Shown: piece by piece, positions 15,399 through 24,532 of the stretch
Numbering within the stretch: the stretch's first letter is position 1
Layout: every line of letters begins with the position of its first letter
Virus record (IMG/VR): IMGVR_UViG_3300031519_000209
Location: 1-24,532 of that record
Reading direction: 5' to 3' (one strand)
From: a virus
Taxonomy: Duplodnaviria; Caudoviricetes
Length of the DNA stretch: 24,532 bases
Notes under the pieces: generated by a model
What the model was told of the DNA's origin: nothing
The model's database searches: none
Seen by the model: only the letters and a program-made list of their open reading frames with translations
Made by a program: the position numbers and the translations under genes

Positions 15399-18300
15399 TT
15401 ATGATAGTCCTTGATTTTTCCCTCTATAATCTATTATACTTATATTACAATCTTGGCAAAATGTATTTACAAAGTTAATAAATTTATCGTAATAATTAGT
15501 TGTTGTTGTAATACTTATTGTTCTGTAATCTAGACACTGAGTGTAATGATTAATTTTACTTATTTTACATCCAAAGTGAGCGCCTCCAGGATACCATTTT
15601 GTTAAAGTCCATATAGTTCCATTTAAAGAAGAAGCTAGTGGATGTCCAGTTGGTAAATCCCATTTAATTATATCCCCTACAAAACTAAAATTATTTGATG
15701 GGCTTAGTGTAGTGTCTTTACCAAACCATCCATTTGGATAATTGTCGTATCCTGTAGCTGTAGTTCCTTCCCCTATATTAACTATACTTGCAGCGGTATG
15801 ATTTATATCATGATTTAAACCTGTACTAGGACCTCCCGTTTTCCAAAGAGCATCACAATCTACAACGGATGTTGGATTAGGAGTTTGTATATCAGCACAG
15901 TTAAATAAGCAATCTATACCAGTTTCATCTTGACTTATTAAATAATCTATTAAAATTAATTTCCATTTATTCATTAAAGTACATTCATCAGCCATTCCTA
16001 CAGTATAATCTCTTAACCATTTTGACCCTTTTAGGCTTAAACATGCTTTTATTTTTACTTTGTCTTCTTCAATTGTTTTTGGCAAGCACGGACTAGGAGT
16101 TAACGGAGGATAATCACATTGACCTCCAGTGTTAGCATTAGGATTGTAGTTTGATGCTGTTGGATCTAAACATCCTGCTACTTGACAGCAACAATCACAA
16201 ACTGCTGCTGGATCATAATTATCTGCAGTAGGATCAGTACACCCAACGCTAGGAGAAGTACTACTTATTGTAAATGATTCCGTCCAAACACACCCTAAAT
16301 TATCTGTTATTTCTACAAAATAATTGCCAAGTGCTAATAAAGAATAGGTGTTAGTTGAAACTGAACCTGGATATGTTATAGGATCTGAATAAATAACTGT
16401 TGTCATAGTATTATCTAATATAGCAAAATTCCAACTTGTAGCAGAGCTATTTACATTTAAAGATGCTGTTACAGATCCGTCATTATTAAAAGTTGTACAT
16501 GTACTTGTACTATCTGTGCTTACTACAGTAACTATATTTGCAGGTAAACAAGGAAATATACAACAAGAATTGTCTGCTCCTACTATTTGTGAAGGAGCGT
16601 ATGTAATATTATTACAACAATTCATATATTGATTTGAAGCTGTAGGATCTGTACATGCAGTATAAGTACAACTTCCATCATCTACTGATGCTGATACATC
16701 ATAGTTAGTTGCACAAGAATCTGTACAACCTGGTGTCGGTGGAGGAATGCAATATGAGTTGCAGCATCCTGTACCAGTTAAACAGTTGTATGTACCTGGA
16801 GTATAACCTACAGTAGTACCTGCCCAAGGATCTACACAAATTCCAGTAATAGGTTCACAATCCCAACTTGGAAAAATACATAACCCAGGACAAACTGCAG
16901 AAACGTTATAATTATATGAAAGTGGATCCATACATCCTACTAAAAGGGGTGTAATTTGTATAGTTTGATCTAATACACAATACCCACTACCAAAACAAGT
17001 TGCTTCCACTTTATAATAACCTGCACCATTAGATGCTACAAAATTAGTTCCTGCTGAATTATTACCACTATACGCAAGAAGTGAAGACACACCTGAAACA
17101 GACCCTAAAGCATAAGTTCCTATACTTGTATAAGTAATACCATCGGAAGAATATAACCAGTCAACATTAACAAGCATACCTGTAGGTGTTGAGCTACAAT
17201 CTATTGAAGATTCTATATAAGTACCAGAACAAGGAACAGCAGGGTCTAAAAATGTTTCAATTATTGGATCTAAAACACAGCATTGAGAAACAACAGCACA
17301 AAGGTTTGAATTAACAGATCTTAATATAGGAACCGAAGGTATAGAGTGATAGCTAGTGTTTGTTGGATCATCACAAACTTCAGCTTGAACATAAGTTGAA
17401 AACTCTGTCCAACAATCTTCCATTGTAGAAGTAGAATTAGTATCTACATATGAAAATCTTAAAGTATAAAAACCATAATCTAATGCAGTATAACTATGTG
17501 CTGCTAAAGAAACAGTATCTAATGTTCCTGCATTTGTTGTAGATATTAGTGATGCTCCCGTAGCAGTTGATGCTTCGTTTTGATTAACAGTTTTATATAA
17601 TTTTATTTCAAACTTAGAATTAGCGTCAAAAGTTAAATATGGAATTATTGTTGCTATTGGAGTAGCACTTACATTTAAAATTCCATCACTGTTCCATGTA
17701 GGAGTAGCTGAATTATTTATAGTAGCAGCTGTAGAAGATTGTAGAAAACTATCAAAAAGAGCTGTTGAATTAGTTCCAGTAGAATCTTCTAAATGCCCAG
17801 TTGTTGTACTACATAGTAAGCAACTACCGTCATCATTTACTGCTGTTGAATCATAATTAACTGCATTGCTATCTGTACACCCAGTTGGAGGCGCAGAATT
17901 TTGTGCAATTGTAAAAGGAGTGGAAGTACTACATCCATCATCATCAGTACATTTTAAAGTATAATAAGGGTTAGAAACAGTTGTAGGAGCTAAAGATCCA
18001 AACTTACCTGAAACACCTGTAGCGAAAGTTAAAGATACATTAGTTCCTGCTACGGTAGCATTCACTGGTTGCCCTGTAGAACCTACTAAAGAAAAAGAAG
18101 TAACATTTGTACCAATAGTATTTAAGTTTGTTACACTTACAAAAGTATTAGAAGGAATACCCGTACCAGAAACTTGCATTCCTGGGAATATTCTATCACT
18201 TGCATTACATGATACTATATTAGCTGCACCCTGCGTTGTAAAAACGTCACATGTTGCATCAGTAAAATTATTTCCTCCTGTAGGCGGAGATACTCCAACT

Positions 18301-19868
18301 ACAGTATTAGATGCATCTGTAAGTACAACTGTATAGAAACTTCCTATTCCTCCAACTGCTGATCCAAAAGGCTCTCCTGTAGCAGCTCCAAATGAATCAA
18401 GATTACTCCATTCTATTATACCATTATCTAAACCATAAGAGGCATTGACAGTAGATCCAGTAGTAGCAATATCACAAGTTGTACAACACTCCCCAGAGTG
18501 GACAAATGTTATATTATTATAGTTAGATCCCCCAGGTAAATCTGCTGAGGGTATTGTATTACCTTGACAATCTAAAGAAGTTGTTAAATAATAAGAAGGG
18601 TTACCAAAAGTGTCACAAACAACATATGTTTTATTTGGTGGTGCAGCTGTACAAGAAGTAATATTTTCTGAATAATATATAGTAGATGTAAAATACTGAG
18701 CAAATTGATTATTTAAATTAATTGCACTTACAACGTCATTGTATGATGTTGTACTACTCATAGCATTTTGCTGTGAAACATCTATCCATGTGGATTGTGA
18801 TAGATTTTGATACTGAGTTTCAATATCAGATGGAGTCTGACCATTAATAGTATTTAAATAACTAGTATTATTACTTTGTGTAAGAACATCTATTCTTTTA
18901 AATACTTGTTTACCTGTTTGATTTTGATCTGGAGTTATTTTTCCATTGTCACCAAAAATATCTGTTAAAGGATCTCCCCAAGAATAATTTATTGGATTTA
19001 AAAGGTTAAGCGTATCGCCTGCATTATATTGCTCATAAAGACCATATTCACCTAAAGTACCTGATGGGTTAAATGCCTGGTCTTGTTCATATCTAGTTAA
19101 AATAGCATAATCATGAGTAGACTGATTTGGACTTTTTATATAATTTGCTCCTTTAGTATAAAATTCAGTGGTAGCTTTATTTTCACATTGTTTAACTATT
19201 TGTTCTTTTGATGATGTACTTGCTGCAAACATATTATACTCAAGATGTGCTGAGTAGTTAGCGCCAACAGGTACATCTATGTCAAAATATTCTACATGGC
19301 CTGATTGAAAATTAACTTGTACTGTGATTATAGTAATACCATTATTTTGTGGTATATTATACTGTCCACTAGCAGGATTAAAAGCATCGTTATTATATGT
19401 CATACCCATATGGGTAGATGTACTAAATGATGTCATACTACCTGCAGGGGATCCTCCACCAGATGTAGACCAATCTGAAGTGTTGTAATTAGTAGCATCA
19501 TCTACTCCTGTAACTTCATCCCATCCAGTTCCGTTGCTAGGTTTTCTGGTTACAGATATTATTAATCCAATTTCAGAATTAGCAGAATCTCCAATATCAT
19601 ATAAAGCTTGCTGATTATAAGCTTGTATTGAAATCCATCTTTTACCTGTAGTTGAAGACATTTGGGCAGAGTAGCCTAAAGTTTGTTGAACTAAAGCACT
19701 AGAATTTAAAGTAGAATTTGATTTAGCAATTAAAGGATTTTGCGGAGCAACAACTTTAACTTTTACTTGATCTCCTACAATTTCTTCTACTGTATCCTCG
19801 TTTCTAACTTCCTGTAAATATTCTTCGAATTTTTTTCTTTCTATATATTCTTGATCGTAATCAGCCAT
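15399..19868 (-). CDS. Giant Cys-rich modular protein with GCxD repeats and SprB-like repeats, probably virion appendage
   Basis: 1489 aa, no signal peptide; at least 5 GC(T/M/L)D repeats; YFVEITDNLGC...FTI and YTLKCTDDDGC...FTI motifs; helical Cys-containing C-terminus. Confidence 0.7.
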   Translation of the reverse strand: MADYDQEYIERKKFEEYLQEVRNEDTVEEIVGDQVKVKVVAPQNPLIAKSNSTLNSSALVQQTLGYSAQMSSTTGKRWISIQAYNQQALYDIGDSANSEIGLIISVTRKPSNGTGWDEVTGVDDATNYNTSDWSTSGGGSPAGSMTSFSTSTHMGMTYNNDAFNPASGQYNIPQNNGITIITVQVNFQSGHVEYFDIDVPVGANYSAHLEYNMFAASTSSKEQIVKQCENKATTEFYTKGANYIKSPNQSTHDYAILTRYEQDQAFNPSGTLGEYGLYEQYNAGDTLNLLNPINYSWGDPLTDIFGDNGKITPDQNQTGKQVFKRIDVLTQSNNTSYLNTINGQTPSDIETQYQNLSQSTWIDVSQQNAMSSTTSYNDVVSAINLNNQFAQYFTSTIYYSENITSCTAAPPNKTYVVCDTFGNPSYYLTTSLDCQGNTIPSADLPGGSNYNNITFVHSGECCTTCDIATTGSTVNASYGLDNGIIEWSNLDSFGAATGEPFGSAVGGIGSFYTVVLTDASNTVVGVSPPTGGNNFTDATCDVFTTQGAANIVSCNASDRIFPGMQVSGTGIPSNTFVSVTNLNTIGTNVTSFSLVGSTGQPVNATVAGTNVSLTFATGVSGKFGSLAPTTVSNPYYTLKCTDDDGCSTSTPFTIAQNSAPPTGCTDSNAVNYDSTAVNDDGSCLLCSTTTGHLEDSTGTNSTALFDSFLQSSTAATINNSATPTWNSDGILNVSATPIATIIPYLTFDANSKFEIKLYKTVNQNEASTATGASLISTTNAGTLDTVSLAAHSYTALDYGFYTLRFSYVDTNSTSTMEDCWTEFSTYVQAEVCDDPTNTSYHSIPSVPILRSVNSNLCAVVSQCCVLDPIIETFLDPAVPCSGTYIESSIDCSSTPTGMLVNVDWLYSSDGITYTSIGTYALGSVSGVSSLLAYSGNNSAGTNFVASNGAGYYKVEATCFGSGYCVLDQTIQITPLLVGCMDPLSYNYNVSAVCPGLCIFPSWDCEPITGICVDPWAGTTVGYTPGTYNCLTGTGCCNSYCIPPPTPGCTDSCATNYDVSASVDDGSCTYTACTDPTASNQYMNCCNNITYAPSQIVGADNSCCIFPCLPANIVTVVSTDSTSTCTTFNNDGSVTASLNVNSSATSWNFAILDNTMTTVIYSDPITYPGSVSTNTYSLLALGNYFVEITDNLGCVWTESFTISSTSPSVGCTDPTADNYDPAAVCDCCCQVAGCLDPTASNYNPNANTGGQCDYPPLTPSPCLPKTIEEDKVKIKACLSLKGSKWLRDYTVGMADECTLMNKWKLILIDYLISQDETGIDCLFNCADIQTPNPTSVVDCDALWKTGGPSTGLNHDINHTAASIVNIGEGTTATGYDNYPNGWFGKDTTLSPSNNFSFVGDIIKWDLPTGHPLASSLNGTIWTLTKWYPGGAHFGCKISKINHYTQCLDYRTISITTTTNYYDKFINFVNTFCQDCNISIIDYRGKNQGLS

Positions 19869-19880
19869 TTTATATATTTT

Positions 19881-20387
19881 TTAGCAATCGCATCCACAAC
19901 TGTTATCACAAATTTCTCTTGCCTTTTTATATTTTTTTAATATTTCTTGATAATAACTATGACTTTGCTCTTCTCCTGCTATTTCAATACTAGACATAGC
20001 ACTTTGTAATAGTAAAAATATTTTTTGTGCTTTAGCTAATGCTACTGAACATCTAGGACAGTCGCACGAACAGTCTAGTAATTCGTTTGTAAGTTTTGTT
20101 AAACAGCAATCTATATCACAATGTAGTAAAACAGGTTTGCAGGCATATTGAATACTATATTCCTCTAAACAAACCTTATAAAGTCCTTGAGAAGAAGTTA
20201 AAGTAGAAGTTGGTACATTAATTCTACCTCTTCCTGTACCTGCGTCAAAATTCATAACAACAGTATGAGTTACACCAGATTCTATATTAGTAAAAATTAC
20301 ATCTCCTGTTACTGAAGTTGGATCATATCTTTTTCCACTTATAGTTATAATTTTACAAGAGTTTGTTGCACTTACGTTGAATGCCAT
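19881..20387 (-). CDS. Cys-rich protein, putative tail hub / fibre-docking protein
   Basis: 168 aa; beta N-terminus with GLYKV, then CDIDCC...CSCDCPRC helical region and CDNSCGCDC end; position after auxiliary capsid genes as in crAss-like phages. Confidence 0.5.
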   Translation of the reverse strand: MAFNVSATNSCKIITISGKRYDPTSVTGDVIFTNIESGVTHTVVMNFDAGTGRGRINVPTSTLTSSQGLYKVCLEEYSIQYACKPVLLHCDIDCCLTKLTNELLDCSCDCPRCSVALAKAQKIFLLLQSAMSSIEIAGEEQSHSYYQEILKKYKKAREICDNSCGCDC

Positions 20388-20404
20388 AATATTTTTTTTG
20401 GTTT

Positions 20405-20447
20405 AAAAAAAAAGACCGATAGGGGGACAATGCCCCCTATAAGTCTT
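20405..20447 (-). terminator. Rho-independent terminator ending the capsid-gene transcript
   Basis: Inverted repeat ataggggg (20419-20426) / ccccctat (20433-20440), extended by aagac/gtctt, followed on the minus strand by a T run. Confidence 0.9.
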
Positions 20448-20462
20448 ATGTTAAAGTGAATA

Positions 20463-20840
20463 TTAATCTATTAAGTAATACTCAATAATAATATCCATTG
20501 CACCTGCAGTAAAAGCTTCTCCACCTACAATTACACCAATGTTTGCAGCTGATGATGTTACACCACCTGTTGCGTCAGTAACAACATTACCTGCAGCCAT
20601 AGCCGCTTGATTATGAGCTGCTGAAACGCTTATTCCACCTACTGTAATAACCGCTGTTTCACCGTTAGAACTAGAATTTGAAGCTACACTTGGTACTGTG
20701 ATACAAGCTGTTACAGTTGCTCCTACTGGAATACTCATAGTATCTCCAATAGCTTTTGCTCCTGTTCCACTAGCTGCATCTCTTGATTGAAGGAAACTAG
20801 CTGTTGCCGTCATTTTTTTGACTGATTTATTATTTGCCAT
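20463..20840 (-). CDS. Putative capsid decoration protein
   Basis: 125 aa, Ala/Gly/Thr-rich; IPVGATV...TAGAMDIIIEY jelly-roll-like pattern; last gene before the terminator of the capsid block. Confidence 0.55.
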   Translation of the reverse strand: MANNKSVKKMTATASFLQSRDAASGTGAKAIGDTMSIPVGATVTACITVPSVASNSSSNGETAVITVGGISVSAAHNQAAMAAGNVVTDATGGVTSSAANIGVIVGGEAFTAGAMDIIIEYYLID

Positions 20841-20867
20841 TTTGTTTTATTTTTTAAAGTTTAATAA

Positions 20868-21824
20868 TTACAGTATAACGGTAGGAAAAGCTCCTGCGAA
20901 ATATGCGTTTAATTTGTTTTCTACTACTAAGCTATCTGCATCTCCTGCTACTACTGCTAAATCAACTTCAATTAAATTATCTACTCCATTAATTTGAGAG
21001 TAAGAAGATCCATCTTTAGTTGCTGCAATTGCATACATATCGTATGTAGTACCAGTTACTGCTTGTGCAGCTGGAGTAATAGGTTGTGCTATTCTATTGT
21101 AGTATCCGTACTGGTTACCCATAAGAACTTCCTCTAAATATTTAACTGCAAATCCATCACCGTATCCTGGAGCTGCTGTTGTAGTTGGAGCTGTCATTGC
21201 GTTTAAAGCAAAAGTTTGAGTTACTACAGTCATTTCCTCGATAATTACATCAAAAATTACTGGACCTTCTTCCCATACATTTCCACTTTGTGCTACATCA
21301 CCTCTTAATGCTCCAGAGAATACAACTGTTGTACCTGCTGTTACATCAACCGCTGGATTTAACCAGTCTGGTTTTCTTGCTGCAAGATATGCTGCTTCAA
21401 TTACTAAATCTACAGCAGTATTTGCAACACCTGCTGCTACTTTTGTAGTAAAGCTAAAAATATCTACAGATGGTCCACCTTTTCTTACAAATTTAAGAGA
21501 AATAAAACTTCCTCCTGCTGGTACTGCACCTGAAGTACCTGTAGCAGTTAAAGTGTGAGAGTGTGCTGCCGGAGCTGCATACGATCTACCTGTATAGTTA
21601 ATTACATCTCTACCATAAAACCATGGAGATGCATTATTTTTTCCACCAGAACCTCCTGATAAAATTCTAATTTCTGGAGCAGTTGCCATTGTGTCTCCAA
21701 GAACCAATTCTGTTGGTCCACTTGCACTTCTTTTTTGGATAGATATTGCACCGTCATTAACTAAACCAGTGCTTCCTGTTAAGCCAAATGCTGTACCGTC
21801 TCCAATTATTAAATGTTTTGCCAT
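20868..21824 (-). CDS. crAss-like auxiliary capsid protein
   Basis: 318 aa; PGYGDG...LEE...GYYNR...P...TYDMY motif; third gene downstream of the MCP as in crAss-like phages. Confidence 0.6.
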   Translation of the reverse strand: MAKHLIIGDGTAFGLTGSTGLVNDGAISIQKRSASGPTELVLGDTMATAPEIRILSGGSGGKNNASPWFYGRDVINYTGRSYAAPAAHSHTLTATGTSGAVPAGGSFISLKFVRKGGPSVDIFSFTTKVAAGVANTAVDLVIEAAYLAARKPDWLNPAVDVTAGTTVVFSGALRGDVAQSGNVWEEGPVIFDVIIEEMTVVTQTFALNAMTAPTTTAAPGYGDGFAVKYLEEVLMGNQYGYYNRIAQPITPAAQAVTGTTYDMYAIAATKDGSSYSQINGVDNLIEVDLAVVAGDADSLVVENKLNAYFAGAFPTVIL

Positions 21825-21849
21825 TTTTTCTAATTTTTAAAATTATTAC

Positions 21850-23010
21850 TTATTCATTCTTACCCACTTCTATTTGATGAGTTTTGAATCGAGGATCACT
21901 AATGCCCTCTAAAATGCTGCTTACAGCCATATCCACAATCTCTTGATGAGTGTGTTCTGGAAGTTCACAACTTACCCCCAAAGATAATGAAATTTCTTTC
22001 GGTTTTCTTATGTAGGTAATTTTTACCTTATCTATTATAAATATATCATTCGTATAAACATCTATATACTCTCCTCGTATAGTTGTGAGAGGAGATGTTC
22101 TTTTTGTTGTATTAAAAGGATCGTCTAGTAATTTAAATATATCATCTTGTTGACTAAACTTATTAAAAGCATATTGTCTTTGAGATCCACTAGGAGGAAG
22201 TCTTTTAGCTCCTAACCCATTGAGAACATATTGACCATAAACTACTTTATTTGAATCATCGTCTGGACCTGTAGCCGTAGGCACTTGTGAAACTATACTA
22301 CTTATTAAATTGCTACCACTTGTAACATTTGTAAGTGAAGAGTCATAATTAAACCAAGGATACGTAGTGCTGTCAATAATAAATATTAAAGAGTTAGGAA
22401 AAGATAATTGACCATACTGTTCAAAGTATACTTCTACTCCTGATGCAAAGTTTGTAGGATTTATTAAAAAATCTTTATACGCTTGAACATCTGTTGGGTA
22501 TACAAAAACACCTGCATTTGCATGTAATACTTGATTACCCAAAGCAGGGTTTTCTGGATCTGCAAACATACTAAGATCGCTAATCATTGCTGATCCATTA
22601 TGTAAATGTTCTATAGGCATAACAAAATAAGAAGAAGGAGTATTATCATCTAAAGAATATACAATAGTCTTACAATTATCTATAAACAACTCAGATCTTT
22701 GATTAACTAAATAAAAATAATCAGAAGGGAGTCTAAATTGATCTACCCAGATATTATTATTATACTGCTCTTTAAAAACAACAGGAGCAGAATATTCTTT
22801 TACTAAAGACCTAAGATCGTCAATTCTTTTTTGAGATTGCTCAAATCCTTCTCTATATTTATTATTCTTACCATACTTAGTATTAATAAACCTCATTTGA
22901 GATTTATTTAATTCAATATCTATTTCTTCTGGTAAAAGCATATCAGCTTGGAGTGAATTAATTTTATCCACTCCTTGCTGGATTGCTATATGCATAAAGC
23001 CTACATTCAT
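21850..23010 (-). CDS. crAss-like ring/tail-tube protein with a large central insertion
   Basis: 386 aa; LPEEIDIELNKSQ, GFEQSQKRIDDLRSLV, LPSDY, LDDPFN, YIRKP, CELPEHTHQEIVDMAV motifs. Confidence 0.75.
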   Translation of the reverse strand: MNVGFMHIAIQQGVDKINSLQADMLLPEEIDIELNKSQMRFINTKYGKNNKYREGFEQSQKRIDDLRSLVKEYSAPVVFKEQYNNNIWVDQFRLPSDYFYLVNQRSELFIDNCKTIVYSLDDNTPSSYFVMPIEHLHNGSAMISDLSMFADPENPALGNQVLHANAGVFVYPTDVQAYKDFLINPTNFASGVEVYFEQYGQLSFPNSLIFIIDSTTYPWFNYDSSLTNVTSGSNLISSIVSQVPTATGPDDDSNKVVYGQYVLNGLGAKRLPPSGSQRQYAFNKFSQQDDIFKLLDDPFNTTKRTSPLTTIRGEYIDVYTNDIFIIDKVKITYIRKPKEISLSLGVSCELPEHTHQEIVDMAVSSILEGISDPRFKTHQIEVGKNE

Positions 23011-23011
23011 A

Positions 23012-23824
23012 TTATACTAGTGTTAATTCTTTAAGTTTAGCTCTTAATATTGTTAGTTTGCCAGAATTCTTTTTATCTTTTAAGTGAATGATTGTGTCAT
23101 CCTCTGTATCACCAAGAACTTCATCTATAAAAATTATTTGATTTCCAATTTTTCTTAAAACGCCTAAAGATACCATTTCTGCAATCTCAGCTTTTAATTC
23201 TAAATTTTTATCTGTTGCAATTCTAATAAACTTCTTAGCATCTGAATTCTTAATTTCATATAAAGCATTTTCTACTTGATCGTCAGTCATCCTATCAGGA
23301 TTTGTATTTGACATCAATCTTAAAATTCTCTTCATATTTGTTGTGTTAGATGTTACTTTAATAAATTCTTTATCTGCATCTTTTCTAACTTGAATTTCAT
23401 TATTTCTAACTTTGTCCTGTCTAGATAGATCCTGAATGTAAAATTTCTTAGTTACATCATTATTCATTTCTTCTTTTGTTAAAGCTACGTGAGGGTGTTT
23501 AAGAGCAAAATTATATTTGATATAATCCATAATACTAATTGGATTTTCATCTGCATCTTTCCCTATTTCTAATTCAACCCCTGTAAATCCTACAGGAATT
23601 GTCATGTCTGCCCAGAATGTTTTAGAATGCTTAGGCCAATCTCCGTGCTCTGGATTAACATCTAATATTCCGTTTAGATATTTTTTTTCATTTTCAGCAT
23701 TAAAGCCTTTTAAAGGTTGTCTATTTACATAAACACTACTTAATTTATAGGTTGCTTCTGCTCTAACTGCTTTAGGAAGGTGACCTCCTAGTTCTTCTCT
23801 TCTGATAAATACTTTTTTACTCAT
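23012..23824 (-). CDS. Conserved crAss-like protein immediately downstream of the MCP
   Basis: 270 aa; FW..., NP...DYIKY...HPHVA, FYI.D motifs followed by a helical domain; synteny. Confidence 0.65.
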   Translation of the reverse strand: MSKKVFIRREELGGHLPKAVRAEATYKLSSVYVNRQPLKGFNAENEKKYLNGILDVNPEHGDWPKHSKTFWADMTIPVGFTGVELEIGKDADENPISIMDYIKYNFALKHPHVALTKEEMNNDVTKKFYIQDLSRQDKVRNNEIQVRKDADKEFIKVTSNTTNMKRILRLMSNTNPDRMTDDQVENALYEIKNSDAKKFIRIATDKNLELKAEIAEMVSLGVLRKIGNQIIFIDEVLGDTEDDTIIHLKDKKNSGKLTILRAKLKELTLV

Positions 23825-23894
23825 AATATAGTTCTTTTAAAGTTTAAATTAGGTGGGTGTAAAGAATAACTCCCCGGGTATTCTATTAATTAAT

Positions 23895-23923
23895 TAAAGA
23901 AGTAGGGAGATTTCTCTCCCCAC
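23895..23923 (-). terminator. Intrinsic terminator/attenuator after the major capsid gene
   Basis: Minus strand gtggggaga-GAAA-tctccctac (9-bp stem with one G-U pair, GNRA loop) followed by ttcttt. Confidence 0.75.
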
Positions 23924-23967
23924 AACCTTAATCAAAAACCAATATATAGACGCAAATTAATGCCAAA

Positions 23968-24532
23968 TTATGCTACACATGTAATATCAAGCGAAGTATC
24001 AAATCTCTTAAGAGCAATACCTGCTGTTTTTAACATATGTACTGACGCACCATCAACATCAGACGCTCTAGAAGAACTTGAATCAAATCCTCTTGGAACT
24101 ACTGATCCTGCTACACACCATCTCATTGCTTCACGACCTTTCTTATTGATCATTTGCAAATTGTTTTGTCCATCGTAATTAGACTGATCAACAAAGACCA
24201 TTCTATAAGACTCAAGAGAGTATCCTGTAACAGGGTGCTTAGCACGAGCTTGAGCAACAGCACCATGATCAAATAATGGTAATTTTACCACATTGATCGT
24301 GTGTCCATCGATATGCTCGTACGACGTAAAGTAACCACTCATTCCTAATGATCTTCCAGATCCAGTGATGAAACGATTCTCTCCACCTACTTTCCAAGAT
24401 CCAACACCTGAGAAATGGTTTTTAAGAGCCTCATCAAATTCTCTAGCACCACCAGTACCAGTATAAAGAGTTACTTGTTTTTGAGCAGCATCAGTCATTC
24501 CGTAGAATAAGTCACCGATGATGTTCTTTAAT
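23968..24532 (-). CDS. Major capsid protein, C-terminal part (crAss-like; starts beyond the window)
   Basis: Frame is open to the window edge (LKNIIGDLFYGMTD...); LYTGTGGAREF, GYFTSYEHIDGHTI...LPLFD, HPVTGYSLESYRMVFVD motifs recalled from crAss-like MCPs. Confidence 0.85.
   Translation of the reverse strand, partial: LKNIIGDLFYGMTDAAQKQVTLYTGTGGAREFDEALKNHFSGVGSWKVGGENRFITGSGRSLGMSGYFTSYEHIDGHTINVVKLPLFDHGAVAQARAKHPVTGYSLESYRMVFVDQSNYDGQNNLQMINKKGREAMRWCVAGSVVPRGFDSSSSRASDVDGASVHMLKTAGIALKRFDTSLDITCVA

Noticed and set aside
23950-23972. Repeated taatttg after the MCP stop as a Bacteroidota -7 promoter element
   Set aside because: Does not match TAnnTTTG spacing, and it lies upstream of a terminator hairpin
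74-24178. Plus-strand ORFs in the track (74..310, 1892..2077, 2807..3103, 3776..4018, 5105..5428, 6662..6880, 10890..11072, 12203..12385, 23960..24178)
   Set aside because: All lie antisense to well-supported minus-strand genes and have no recognisable motifs; shadow ORFs

Overview
AT-rich phage DNA with every credible gene on the minus strand, densely packed and often coupled by TAATG overlaps. Gene order and protein motifs match the virion module of a crAss-like phage (Crassvirales or a close relative) infecting Bacteroidota, probably aquatic Flavobacteriales. In transcription order (right to left): 3' end of the major capsid protein, conserved capsid-adjacent gene, ring/tail-tube protein, auxiliary capsid protein, decoration protein, terminator, Cys-rich tail-hub-like protein, a 1489-aa Cys-rich protein with SprB-like and GCxD repeats, fibre and LamG proteins, M15 endolysin, fibres, 3TM holin, second ring protein, IHF-like protein and a small basic protein. 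The most unusual element is a five-gene block at 7978..12100 that appears to be addressed to the host envelope rather than the virion: a signal-peptide outer-membrane beta-barrel candidate, a membrane-anchored coiled coil, an exported thioredoxin fold with WCGPC replaced by WNDPN, a 30-aa cationic six-cysteine peptide missing from the ORF track, and a repeat protein with a type IX secretion (T9SS)-like C-terminal signal. All family assignments are from motif recognition by eye, not database searches.
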